Positions 9,997 through 18,976 of a DNA stretch of 64,000 bases are shown piece after piece. Source of the stretch: an uncultured delta proteobacterium (GTDB lineage Bacteria > Desulfobacterota > Binatia > Binatales > Binataceae); contig CAWCDG010000006.1 in the NCBI GenBank assembly GCA_963794325.1, positions 32,001 to 96,000 of the forward strand, read 5' to 3'. Below the pieces are notes generated by a model. That model was not told the DNA's origin, searched no databases, and was given only the letters and a program-made list of their open reading frames with translations. Both the position numbers and the translations under genes were made by a program. The first letter of the stretch is position 1. Every line of letters starts with the position of its first letter.

Positions 9997-12792
9997 TTAC
10001 TGCTTACTCACTTTCGCTTTCGTTGGTACGGTCTCCGCATTACTCACTTTCGCCGGCACGGCCGCTACCTGGCCCGGTAGTGTCTGCCCCGGATGCATTC
10101 CGAACCAGAATATGTAGTCACGCAGCGCGCGGATTTGCGCATCCTGATTGCCGCCGAGGATGTCGTCGGGACCGCCGGGATAGAATGACGGCATATGGGT
10201 TCCCGGCTGTATCGCCGACGGATTTGCGATCCACTTCAGTATCCAGTCCGGATTCAAACGCTGATGCGCCAGCGCCAAATCAGGCGCCCATCCTGATTCC
10301 GGGCCCTCGGGCTTCTTGTCGCCCTGCTGATGGCAGCTGAAACAGTTGAAATAATCCTTCGTCATCAGCTTCGCACCCGCCTGCAACTCGGCCGGCGGCA
10401 CCAGGTTGGTGTCGATGAACATGTAGGTCACGTTCACGTCCGACAGCGCCGTGAAGTAGTTGACGATCGTGTCGTCTTCAGTGTTGGTGAAATGGAAAGT
10501 CGGCATCCTGATCTTGAGCCACGGACGAATCGGCGTCGGACCCTGCAGGAATGTGAATAGCCACTCGGGTTGTACTTTGGCGCCCTCGCCATTGAGTATT
10601 GGCGGCGCAAAGTTGATTTGATCTTCTGGGTAGAAGCGCCGTATAAAGCCGCCACGATTCTCTACTATGTGGCAGCCGACGCAATTGTAGTAATTGACCA
10701 TTCGCCGGCCCTCGACAATCTGCGTCTGATGCTCCGAGCCGGGCATCCGATAGCGCTCCTGCACCTTGCCGTCGGTCATGCCGGCCAGGAAAACGATCAG
10801 ATTATTGACGTCGGCGTTGTCGAAATCAAAATTCGGCATCAACTGCTCGACGTCCTTGGTCTGGTAGATGCGCGGGGTCTGGAGTTTATGGAAGGTCCAC
10901 TGATCCCAGGTTTCGGGAATGTTGGTCTGGTTGCCGAAGAACAGTTCGTCGAGATGCTTGGAGCCGAAGGTCGTCAACTCGACGCCGATGCGCGACTCCT
11001 TGTCCATCCCTTCGATCTCATGGCATCCGAAGCATCCGTACTTGCGCACCAGCGCTTCGCCCTTCTTGATGTTGTCGGGATCCTTCAGCGCGACATCGAC
11101 GCCGGCGTCTTCTTTCTTCTCGCCATGCGTCATCAGGAACGCGGTCAGCGCTTCAGCTTCGTGATCGCTGAGCCGCAGCGACGGCATCGCAGTATGCGGT
11201 GAGAAATCGCGAGGATTTTTCAGCCACGTGTAGATCCACGCCGCCGAAGTTTTTTCAGCAATCTTGTCCAGGTTCGGGGCGAAGTCCTTGGTAGTGCGGG
11301 CCTCGGCTGGCTTGAAGCCCTCGGCGACGCCGACCGGTGCTCCGTAGCTGCCCGGATCGATCGCGTGGCATCCTTTGCATCCGACCGATTCGAACAGCCC
11401 CTTGCCCTCTTCGACGAACGCCGGATTCTTGATGTCGGCTTCGAGCGTCGGCAGCTCCGGATGCGCCGTCGTCCAGTCCTTGGAATTCTTGGACGAGCTG
11501 TCGAAAATAAACGCGGCCAGCTGAGTCGCCTCGTCGCGCGAGAACATGAAATTCGGCATCCGCGTGTGCGGCCGGAAGACGTGCGGATCGGTGATCCATC
11601 GCACGGTCCACGACGGGTCGAGTTTGGCCGACGCGAGTTTCAGGTACGGGCCGATCTTCGGCATGTCCTCGTAGCCCGCGACCAGATGGCATCCCGCGCA
11701 TCCCATCTGCTGGAACATGCGCTCGCCTTCGACCCAGTTCGCCGCGATCGGCTTGCCGGCGGCGTCGTGCAGCGAGGCGACGTCGATATGGCACTTGATG
11801 CATCGCGCCTGCATCTTGTCGCCGCGCAGCATCGGATGATCCCAGTCGGGATCGTCGCCGTGCGCGAGCCGCACCGAGCTGACCGCGGGCCCCTGCCCGT
11901 CATGACACGGCGTGCATCCGAGCTTGTCGGGCGGATGCTTCAAAATGATCTGCTCGAAGTTGCTATGCGTGCGGAACGGCTCGGGCGCATTCTCGAAGCC
12001 TTTCTTGTCGGCGCCCATGTGGCAGCTCTGACATCGATCGACCCGCGCGATCGCTTCGTCGAACGCATTGCGATCGAAGTCGTCTATCGCGGTTTGCTGA
12101 ATCTTCGGAATCTTCGGATACCGGAACAGGACCGTCTTGCGGAACTTGACCGGGATCATCCACGAATCGGCCTTGTCAGTCATGTCGTCGCGATTCTTGG
12201 TCAGTTTCGTCATCTGCTCGGTCAGGGTGTCGACCTTCGAATTGAGCGCGTCGATCTGATCCTTGACCGCCTGCAGATTGGCCTTGGCCTTGTCGGAGAC
12301 AACATTTTCCTGCGCCAGCTCCGCGTTCAGCTTGTCGATTTCAGCTTTGTACGGAGCCGGGTCCTGCTTGTACTGAACGGCGTGGTTGTAGTCGTACCAT
12401 CGCTCGGTCAAGAACGATTTGGTGAAACGCACCAACTGATCTTTATCGTTGGCGGTATTGTTGAGATCGACCAACTGCGCGCGCAAGTCGGCAAGCTTTG
12501 CGGATGTCGCGCCCGAGTCCAGCTCCTTCTGCGCCTCGGCCAGCGCCTTCGATACTTTCTGATATTCCGGATCGGCGTTGAGGCGCTTTTGCTCCTCGGC
12601 CGCATCGTTCATGTACTTGTCGTACGCCAGGTGGTCCCACTCGACCTGGTACTGCTTCCACGGACGGCGCGAGATGTTGTCGTCCCAAATCGACCAGACC
12701 GCGCTGACCAGCAGCACCGCTACCAGCAGCACGAACAACGCGCTATAAGATTTTCCTTCTTCGGTGGGATCTAGCCCCGGTCTGCCAGCCAT
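9997..12792 (-). CDS. membrane-anchored octaheme cytochrome c with coiled coil
   Basis: 8 CxxCH (CQSCH, CTPCH, CIKCH, CAGCH, CKGCH, CFGCH, CVGCH, CFSCH); N-terminal TM; repeated MPxF motifs. Confidence 0.92.
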   Translation of the reverse strand: MAGRPGLDPTEEGKSYSALFVLLVAVLLVSAVWSIWDDNISRRPWKQYQVEWDHLAYDKYMNDAAEEQKRLNADPEYQKVSKALAEAQKELDSGATSAKLADLRAQLVDLNNTANDKDQLVRFTKSFLTERWYDYNHAVQYKQDPAPYKAEIDKLNAELAQENVVSDKAKANLQAVKDQIDALNSKVDTLTEQMTKLTKNRDDMTDKADSWMIPVKFRKTVLFRYPKIPKIQQTAIDDFDRNAFDEAIARVDRCQSCHMGADKKGFENAPEPFRTHSNFEQIILKHPPDKLGCTPCHDGQGPAVSSVRLAHGDDPDWDHPMLRGDKMQARCIKCHIDVASLHDAAGKPIAANWVEGERMFQQMGCAGCHLVAGYEDMPKIGPYLKLASAKLDPSWTVRWITDPHVFRPHTRMPNFMFSRDEATQLAAFIFDSSSKNSKDWTTAHPELPTLEADIKNPAFVEEGKGLFESVGCKGCHAIDPGSYGAPVGVAEGFKPAEARTTKDFAPNLDKIAEKTSAAWIYTWLKNPRDFSPHTAMPSLRLSDHEAEALTAFLMTHGEKKEDAGVDVALKDPDNIKKGEALVRKYGCFGCHEIEGMDKESRIGVELTTFGSKHLDELFFGNQTNIPETWDQWTFHKLQTPRIYQTKDVEQLMPNFDFDNADVNNLIVFLAGMTDGKVQERYRMPGSEHQTQIVEGRRMVNYYNCVGCHIVENRGGFIRRFYPEDQINFAPPILNGEGAKVQPEWLFTFLQGPTPIRPWLKIRMPTFHFTNTEDDTIVNYFTALSDVNVTYMFIDTNLVPPAELQAGAKLMTKDYFNCFSCHQQGDKKPEGPESGWAPDLALAHQRLNPDWILKWIANPSAIQPGTHMPSFYPGGPDDILGGNQDAQIRALRDYIFWFGMHPGQTLPGQVAAVPAKVSNAETVPTKAKVSKQ

Positions 12793-12867
12793 CTGCTCTA
12801 CCTATTCCTCAGCTCCAAAAAGCCGCCGCGCGGCCGCCATCCCAATAGTCAGTCGAATAGTCAATAG

Positions 12868-13047
12868 TCATTTGCCCGCGCGAACCCACAGCCCCTCGAT
12901 AATGTAACCGGCCAGAAAAACCAGGATGCCGATTCCCGTGAACTCGTACTCGTGTCCCATCCCGTGCGGCTGCGTGATGCCGACATAGAGCGCGAACCCG
13001 ACGTCAGCGAGTCCGAGCGCCTGCAATACTTTGGCGAGGATGAACAC
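12868..13047 (-). CDS. small 2-TM membrane protein (59 aa; not in ORF track)
   Basis: GTG..TGA: MFILAKVLQALGLADVGFALYVGITQPHGMGHEYEFTGIGILVFLAGYIIEGLWVRAGK; fills an operon gap. Confidence 0.7.
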   Translation of the reverse strand: MFILAKVLQALGLADVGFALYVGITQPHGMGHEYEFTGIGILVFLAGYIIEGLWVRAGK

Positions 13048-13065
13048 GGGGTCGTCGCGGCCACG

Positions 13066-13968
13066 TCAGATGTTAATCCAGGGCGTGACCAGGATGTACT
13101 TGATGTTGAGCGCGTGCCGCAGCGCCATCTTGATAAACACGCCGGCCATCGCGATCAGCAGAAATCCCGTGATGCCGAAACGCACCGGTCCCCACTTCTC
13201 CAGAATCTCGGGACCGCCACCGGGAAACGCGGACCACGGATCGCCCGTGGGCCGCGCTCGTATCCAGAAATACAAAGCCGCGTAACCGACTACGAAGTAG
13301 CCGACTATCAGGAACAATCCGAAGAGCGCCGACGCCAGGTAGTCGCGGAAGCCGAACATGTACGGCAGATCGACGTTGGTCAAAGCCTCGACCAGGTGCG
13401 GATCCCAGACCTGGCCGGGCCAGAACCAGTTCCAGCCGGGGCCGCGGAAAAACGTGCCGATGATGATGAACGAGACCCACAAAATGTGGAAGCCGATAAA
13501 GAACGTCCAGATCTCGAACCATCGCTCGCGCAGCGTGTAGTAGCCGTTACCTTTCGGATTGATGTCGAGATACGGGATCAGCATCAGGCCGACGATGATG
13601 AAGCTCGGCAGCACCACGCCTGCGTACCACGGATCGAAGAACACCAACATTTCCTGCAAGCCGAGGAAGTACCACGGCGCCTTCGACGGATTGGGCGTGC
13701 GCGTCGGATTCGACGGCTGCTCGAGCGGCGCGTTGAGCAGCAGCGACCATACCGTCAATACGATGATCACCAGCAGCGTGATCAGGAATTCGTTGCGCAC
13801 CAGGAACGGCCAGGTGTGCAGCTTCTCTTCGACGCCGCCGCCCGCCTTTTTGATCGGTACTTCGATGCGCTTGCCGGCCGGCGCCGGCGGAGTCCGCGAC
13901 GCAGGTCCAGCACCCGCGCCCGCCGCGCGCATCACGATGCCGCCTTCGTTACCTTCGGGGCTTGCCAT
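13066..13968 (-). CDS. cytochrome b6f/bc subunit IV-like protein
   Basis: HTWPFLV, APLEQPSNPTRTPNPSKAPWYFLGLQE (APWY in place of PEWY); extra C-terminal TMs. Confidence 0.85.
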   Translation of the reverse strand: MASPEGNEGGIVMRAAGAGAGPASRTPPAPAGKRIEVPIKKAGGGVEEKLHTWPFLVRNEFLITLLVIIVLTVWSLLLNAPLEQPSNPTRTPNPSKAPWYFLGLQEMLVFFDPWYAGVVLPSFIIVGLMLIPYLDINPKGNGYYTLRERWFEIWTFFIGFHILWVSFIIIGTFFRGPGWNWFWPGQVWDPHLVEALTNVDLPYMFGFRDYLASALFGLFLIVGYFVVGYAALYFWIRARPTGDPWSAFPGGGPEILEKWGPVRFGITGFLLIAMAGVFIKMALRHALNIKYILVTPWINI

Positions 13969-13978
13969 GATTAATCCC

Positions 13979-14125
13979 TTAGTGAGCCGCTCCGTCGTCG
14001 TCGTCTTTCCACGGCGGCGGCGCCGCCAGCACGTACATTAGATATAGCAAGAGCAACATGCCGATCGGCACCGACAGAACGCGAACAATGCCCTGGTGCA
14101 GAAACCACGAAAATACGTCTCCCAT
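13979..14125 (-). CDS. small single-TM protein (48 aa; not in ORF track)
   Basis: GAGG upstream; MGDVFSWFLHQGIVRVLSVPIGMLLLLYLMYVLAAPPPWKDDDDGAAH between cyt b and subunit IV. Confidence 0.65.
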   Translation of the reverse strand: MGDVFSWFLHQGIVRVLSVPIGMLLLLYLMYVLAAPPPWKDDDDGAAH

Positions 14126-14144
14126 CCTCAGCCTCGACTAAATC

Positions 14145-14918
14145 CTAGAGCGGCCCCGACATGCCGTCGCGCCGGATTCGCCAGAAATGCACCGCCATGA
14201 AGATAGTCGCGATCAACGGAAAAAAGATGCAGTGCAAAATGTAGAAGCGCAGCAGCGTGTGCGGTCCGATTTCCGCGCCGCCGAAAATAAATGCGCGCGC
14301 GTCGTAAACCGGATTTACGCCGAGTACTTCATGGAACGGGCCGCCATGCCCGAGCAGCGGCGTCGCGCGCGCCATGTTCGATCCGACGGTCACCGCCCAG
14401 ATAGAAAGTTGATCCCACGGCAGCAGGTATCCGGTGAACGACAGCAACAGCGTCAGCACCAGCAGGATCACGCCGACCACCCAGTTGAACTCGCGCGGCG
14501 GTTTGTACGATCCCGTCATGAACACGCGGAACATATGCAGCCACACCGCGATTACCATGCCGTGCGCGGCCCATCGATGCATATTGCGCATCAGCATCCC
14601 GAACGGCATGTCGAACTCGAGGTACTTCATGTCGGCGTATGCGTATTCGGCGGTCGGCCGATAGTAGAACATCAAGTACACGCCGGTGATGACGGTGACG
14701 AGGAAAAGCAGAAACGTGATGCCGCCCATGCACCAGGTGAAGCGCAGCCGGACGGTATGTTTCTGCACTTTCGACGGATGCAGATGCAGCCACACGTTGC
14801 CGGAGACCATCAGGATCCGGTTGCGCGGCGTGTCTTCGTAGCCGTGCCTGAAGATCGATTGCCAGGCCTGCGAATCGGTTATCTGGCGTTTCGTTTCGTT
14901 CCAGTCAAACTTTGCCAT
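14145..14918 (-). CDS. petB: cytochrome b6-type subunit (split cytochrome b)
   Basis: WCMGGITF (heme ci Cys), RNMHRW..LHMFRV, TGYLLPWDQ; second His pair spaced by 14 residues. Confidence 0.9.
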   Translation of the reverse strand: MAKFDWNETKRQITDSQAWQSIFRHGYEDTPRNRILMVSGNVWLHLHPSKVQKHTVRLRFTWCMGGITFLLFLVTVITGVYLMFYYRPTAEYAYADMKYLEFDMPFGMLMRNMHRWAAHGMVIAVWLHMFRVFMTGSYKPPREFNWVVGVILLVLTLLLSFTGYLLPWDQLSIWAVTVGSNMARATPLLGHGGPFHEVLGVNPVYDARAFIFGGAEIGPHTLLRFYILHCIFFPLIATIFMAVHFWRIRRDGMSGPL

Positions 14919-15110
14919 CCGCTAACCAAGCTCCATAGAGCCGCCGGAAAAGGCGCTCACAGCAATCTCAGCAAAAACTGTGAAAAAATCAAATCCTTAC
15001 GACAATGTACCCACGAGCATGCTCGAAATCCGGCGTAAGGCTACCTAATTTTGCCCGACCTCTGCAACAAAAAAGGCTCATTGAAGCGGAATTTCTATTA
15101 CGTTCGAACC

Positions 15111-15150
15111 AAACAAAACCACCGGAGCGATTATGTCGCTCCGGTGGTTT
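15111..15150 (-). terminator. intrinsic terminator
   Basis: AAACCACCGGAGCGA/TCGCTCCGGTGGTTT stem; T-rich tail on the minus strand. Confidence 0.85.
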
Positions 15151-15223
15151 CGTCATCCAGGAGAAGGCGCGCTGTGAGTCGGTGCCCGTCAAGGGCACAT
15201 CGTGCGGGCCGTTCTGCGCCGTT

Positions 15224-17188
15224 CTATTTCTTCCTGGCAGCCTTTCCCATTCCGGAGAGCGACACCGACTGTGGCGAGCCGCTCGCATTGTCAAAAATCA
15301 TAAGGCTGCCAGTCTCAGCCGTCGTATCATCCACCGGCTTGAAAGTCACCGACACCTTGCAGCTCTTGCCGGGCTTGAGCGTCTTCTTGCATTGCGACTT
15401 CACCGCGAACACCGACGGCGACGCGCTCTCCATCTCGACGTTGACGGGCACGCCGGTTTTCCTGTTGCCGTTATTTTTGATCGTGACCCTCTTGAACTTG
15501 CTGGTTTTCCCGACGGTCGTCTTCGCTCCAAAATTCAGTGAAGAGGGACTGACCAACACCATCCCAACGGGAGTCTGCGTGGCAGTCGGAGTGGCAGTCG
15601 GGGTCGCCGTGCGAGTTGCCGTTGCTGTGGCCGTCGGAGTTGCAACCGTCGACGTTGCCGTTGGAGTAGCGGTCGCAGTTGCTGTGGGAGTCGGAGTGGC
15701 CGGACAACCGGCGCCTTCGCACGCATACGCTCCGATGAACGGCGGGGTGGGCAGCGGATTTCCGTCCATATCGGTGGCGGGTACGCCGAAGGTTGTGGTT
15801 CCGGCACCCAACGCCGGACTGCCTGACTGAAGATGGAAATCGGCAGTATTTGAATCCGCAAACAGCGGGTCCTCGCCCCATACATTGGAGTCCTCCGGCG
15901 GAGCCATGCCGCCCGCGCAGGAACTGCCGACCAGCGGAGTGCCGCTGCTGTTGTAACAAAGGGTGAGATTGTTGTCCCAGGTTGCGGTTCCGTTCTGGTC
16001 GTAAATCGCGTCTGCAGTAGCGTGGATTACCTGACTGGCTACGGCGATGTTGTTCGCATAAATATTTCCCGCGGAACTGCTGCCTTCATTGGCTAGTTCA
16101 GCAGGGACGCTGGGGCCATTTGTTCCGCCGGCCTGGTTCTCGAAAGCAGTGTTGTTGCGATACGTGATGTTGCTGCTCTGGTAGGGTTTGATGCCCACAC
16201 CGCCGTTGCCGTAGGCGAGATTTTCCTCGACCAGGCCATCCTGCGTGTAGGCCGGCTGAGAGCGCGCGCATCCGTTTTGTGTATTGTTCCAGTCATCAAA
16301 GATAATCCCGTTGCCGTCGTGACAGTTCGTAACCCCGACGTTGCTGTTGGCGTACGAGGTGTTGTGTGAGACCCAGTTGTGAAAACCGGATTGGCTGTCC
16401 GATGCGATTGCCTCGTAGAAAGAAATACCAGAGCCGCAATAGGTGGCGAATTTCCCGCAATCGTGGATCGTATTGTCATAAATCGCGGCGTAATCGGAAC
16501 AGTTCATCGCGATCCCATCGCCGCCGGTGTCATGGATCAGATTGTTCGTCGCGCATTTGAAGGTTCCATCCCCGTAAATACCCTCGTCGCCTCCGCTGAT
16601 TTCGAATCCGTTGACCTCGGTGTAATTGCCGTGAATCAGGAACTCACGAACCTGGTTTCCGGGCGATCCCACGACTGCAGACGGCCGCACGACGTGCGCG
16701 CCCTGCGGCGTTGGCGATACAAAAAATATCCAGTGGCCTGCGGTGCCGTTGGTGCTGCTGGTAACCTGCTCGTTGTAGGTGCCGGGGCTTACGCAGATAA
16801 CTGAACCGGCCACCGCGACCGACGCAGCCTTGCTGATTGTCAGGAATGGCTTGGACGAGGTACCTGGATTGGAGTTGGAGCCGGTTGTCGCCACGTACAG
16901 CGTGCAGGGGCCGGGCGTCGGGCATCGATCCGCAAGATCGAGCGGGACCGCGGAGTTGGCCGATGCAAAGTTCGACTCAACAGGCTCTAGCGCGTTGACC
17001 GGGGAAGTGGTTGCAGCTCCCGCGTGCGCAACGCCAAATCCAGACAGTAACAAGACGAAGGCGGCTGCAAGGATTGGAAACAAGCCCGGTTTGCTTTCAG
17101 CGCGCTCCATCCTGGGATTCGCCAGCGCTGGAACCAGAGTGTAGGGCACATTCGTGAGTGTCATGAATTTTCCTGCGTACCTGATCAT
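15224..17188 (-). CDS. secreted right-handed beta-helix (pectate-lyase-like/DUF1565) protein with Pro/Thr linker and C-terminal Ig-like (ASH/choice-of-anchor) domain
   Basis: YVATTGSNSNPGTSSKPFLTI, Asn-rich repeats, DFHLQSGSPA, TPTATAT linker, VSPSSLNFG..CKVSVTFKP; start uncertain. Confidence 0.78.
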   Translation of the reverse strand: MIRYAGKFMTLTNVPYTLVPALANPRMERAESKPGLFPILAAAFVLLLSGFGVAHAGAATTSPVNALEPVESNFASANSAVPLDLADRCPTPGPCTLYVATTGSNSNPGTSSKPFLTISKAASVAVAGSVICVSPGTYNEQVTSSTNGTAGHWIFFVSPTPQGAHVVRPSAVVGSPGNQVREFLIHGNYTEVNGFEISGGDEGIYGDGTFKCATNNLIHDTGGDGIAMNCSDYAAIYDNTIHDCGKFATYCGSGISFYEAIASDSQSGFHNWVSHNTSYANSNVGVTNCHDGNGIIFDDWNNTQNGCARSQPAYTQDGLVEENLAYGNGGVGIKPYQSSNITYRNNTAFENQAGGTNGPSVPAELANEGSSSAGNIYANNIAVASQVIHATADAIYDQNGTATWDNNLTLCYNSSGTPLVGSSCAGGMAPPEDSNVWGEDPLFADSNTADFHLQSGSPALGAGTTTFGVPATDMDGNPLPTPPFIGAYACEGAGCPATPTPTATATATPTATSTVATPTATATATRTATPTATPTATQTPVGMVLVSPSSLNFGAKTTVGKTSKFKRVTIKNNGNRKTGVPVNVEMESASPSVFAVKSQCKKTLKPGKSCKVSVTFKPVDDTTAETGSLMIFDNASGSPQSVSLSGMGKAARKK

Positions 17189-17303
17189 TTGTTCCTCACC
17201 CGTGTAAAATAGCGGCGATTTGTAAACGGGCGTTAGTAACTAAAAACGCCTCTTTGTTTTGAATTGACTCTCAACGCGGCTATCTTCGTCCTAAAACAAA
17301 GCG

Positions 17304-17347
17304 TTACGTCATTTGACGTAAGCTGGACAATACGGAATTGTACGTAA
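17304..17347. promoter_or_regulatory. tandem operator palindromes, probably for the adjacent LuxR regulator
   Basis: Perfect TTACGTCA-TT-TGACGTAA (17304-17321) and degenerate ATACGGAATTGTACGTAA (17330-17347). Confidence 0.65.
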
Positions 17348-17354
17348 CTCGTCT

Positions 17355-18440
17355 ATGATCGAACGGGGGCAATACGAAAAGTTGATGCGTCTGCTGCCGG
17401 AGTTGTACTCCGTACGCACGCTCGACAGCTTTCCTCAGCAAGTAATTGGACTGGTTCCCCAGCTGATTCGCGTAGATTCGTGCGGCTTCAACGAAACCAA
17501 CTTTGCGCGCCGGCGGTTCGAGACGTTTGCGACCCCGTCGCTCGGGGCGCGGGTTCCCAACGCGGACGAAACCCTCGCGCGCCTGATGCATCAGCATCCG
17601 ATGGTTCTGCACAACCGCAACACCGATCAGCGCGCTCTGAAGATGTCGGACCTTCTATCGCAGCGCCAGTTTCATAGGCTCGAGCTCTACGACGTGATTT
17701 ATCGGCCGGCGCGCGTTGAATACCTGATGACCGGCGGGTTCGAGGTCTCGCCGGCCGGCGACATCGTGACGATAGCCTTCGGCCGCGAGGCGGCGGACTT
17801 CAGCGAAGACGAGCGGGATTTGCTGGATTTGCTGCGACCTCATCTGCGGCAGGCGTACGCAAATGCCGACGCGATGACGACCTTCGAGTGCCAACTCCTC
17901 GGCCGCGAGCAGGCGCTCGAAGAGGCAGTAGATACGGCGGTCGTCGTCGTTCAGAACCTGACCATCAAACACGCGAGTCGGTTCGCGCTCCGATTGCTGT
18001 CAACCTTCTTCCGCGACGATCTGGCGCCGAATGACCAGCTTCCGGATCGGCTCCTGCGATGGGTTCGCTTTTGGCAAACCTCGCTGGACGGCAAACGATC
18101 CGATAGCCGGCCGTGCTCCCCATTGATCGTTGAATCAGACGAGGCGCGCCTGAACATCCGGATGCTGACGACGAGTCGAGATGGCGAAGTCCTTCTTTTG
18201 CTGAGCCGCGAGGCCGGGCGCGATCGTCCAGAGTCGCTACAACGCCTCGGCCTCGCACGGCGCGAAGCGGAAGTGCTGTTCTGGATCTCGAAAGGCAAGA
18301 CCAGCCGCGAGATTGCCGCGATTTTGTCCATCACGCGAAGGACGGTGGACAAGCACGTTGAACGCATCCATCGGAAGCTCGGCGTCGAAACCCGCACCGC
18401 CGCCGCCGCAATCGCGTGGTCCGCGATGCACGATTCCTAG
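17355..18440 (+). CDS. LuxR-family HTH transcriptional regulator with N-terminal sensor (GAF-like) domain
   Basis: LARREAEVLFWISKGKTSREIAAILSITRRTVDKHVERIHRKLGV. Confidence 0.9.
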   Translation: MIERGQYEKLMRLLPELYSVRTLDSFPQQVIGLVPQLIRVDSCGFNETNFARRRFETFATPSLGARVPNADETLARLMHQHPMVLHNRNTDQRALKMSDLLSQRQFHRLELYDVIYRPARVEYLMTGGFEVSPAGDIVTIAFGREAADFSEDERDLLDLLRPHLRQAYANADAMTTFECQLLGREQALEEAVDTAVVVVQNLTIKHASRFALRLLSTFFRDDLAPNDQLPDRLLRWVRFWQTSLDGKRSDSRPCSPLIVESDEARLNIRMLTTSRDGEVLLLLSREAGRDRPESLQRLGLARREAEVLFWISKGKTSREIAAILSITRRTVDKHVERIHRKLGVETRTAAAAIAWSAMHDS

Positions 18441-18494
18441 CACTCCCGGCTCGATCGTCGGGAGAGGGGAAGCGCGATCCGCGTGGAAACTATA

Positions 18495-18887
18495 TTACGA
18501 CTGCGGCTTTGGCTTCTCGCGGCGGAAGCGGCTGAAGAATGCGACGATCAATCCCCACAGCACCATCAATACCGCGATACCGATTATGCCGAGGCCTACG
18601 CCGGCCAGGATTCCCGTCGCGCACAGTATCGCGCCGACTACGAACAGCGGAATTGCGAATGCGATCGGATTGAACGGATCGTTGCGCGCCGCGCGCTCGA
18701 CCATCGCGGCCGCCTGATCAGCTGCGCCGGCGTCCTCGTTGCTTTCTTTCAGCAGGCTCACCGCATAGTCAGTGAGTTCCTGGCGATTAGGCATCGCGCG
18801 CAGTCGGTCGGCCAGCTCTTTGGCGAGCTGCTCGACGCGTTCGTCGTTCTCCTGGGATTCAGAGTCGGGTTTGTTCGATTCAGCCAC
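18495..18887 (-). CDS. hypothetical membrane protein (2 C-terminal TMs)
   Basis: Charged helical N-terminus and hydrophobic hairpin. Confidence 0.65.
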   Translation of the reverse strand: MAESNKPDSESQENDERVEQLAKELADRLRAMPNRQELTDYAVSLLKESNEDAGAADQAAAMVERAARNDPFNPIAFAIPLFVVGAILCATGILAGVGLGIIGIAVLMVLWGLIVAFFSRFRREKPKPQS

Positions 18888-18976
18888 GCTGTGCTTGTCT
18901 TCCCCGCCCCGTGGCTAACACCTATCGGACATGAGATCGAGTTGTCAACGTAACCCGAGCCTCGACCGCTCCCGAG

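Noticed and set aside
11365-12774. Long + strand ORF (469 aa), and similar ones at 37566-39350, 51443-52813 and 62084-63547
   Set aside because: Antisense shadows of well-supported genes in high-GC DNA; no recognisable motifs.
12861-13064. 67-aa ORF from the track
   Set aside because: Wrong frame; the overlapping 12868-13047 frame gives a sensible 2-TM protein.
14980-14995. TGTGAAAAAATCAAA as an FNR/CRP/Rex site before petB
   Set aside because: Spacing and half-sites fit none of these consensus motifs well.
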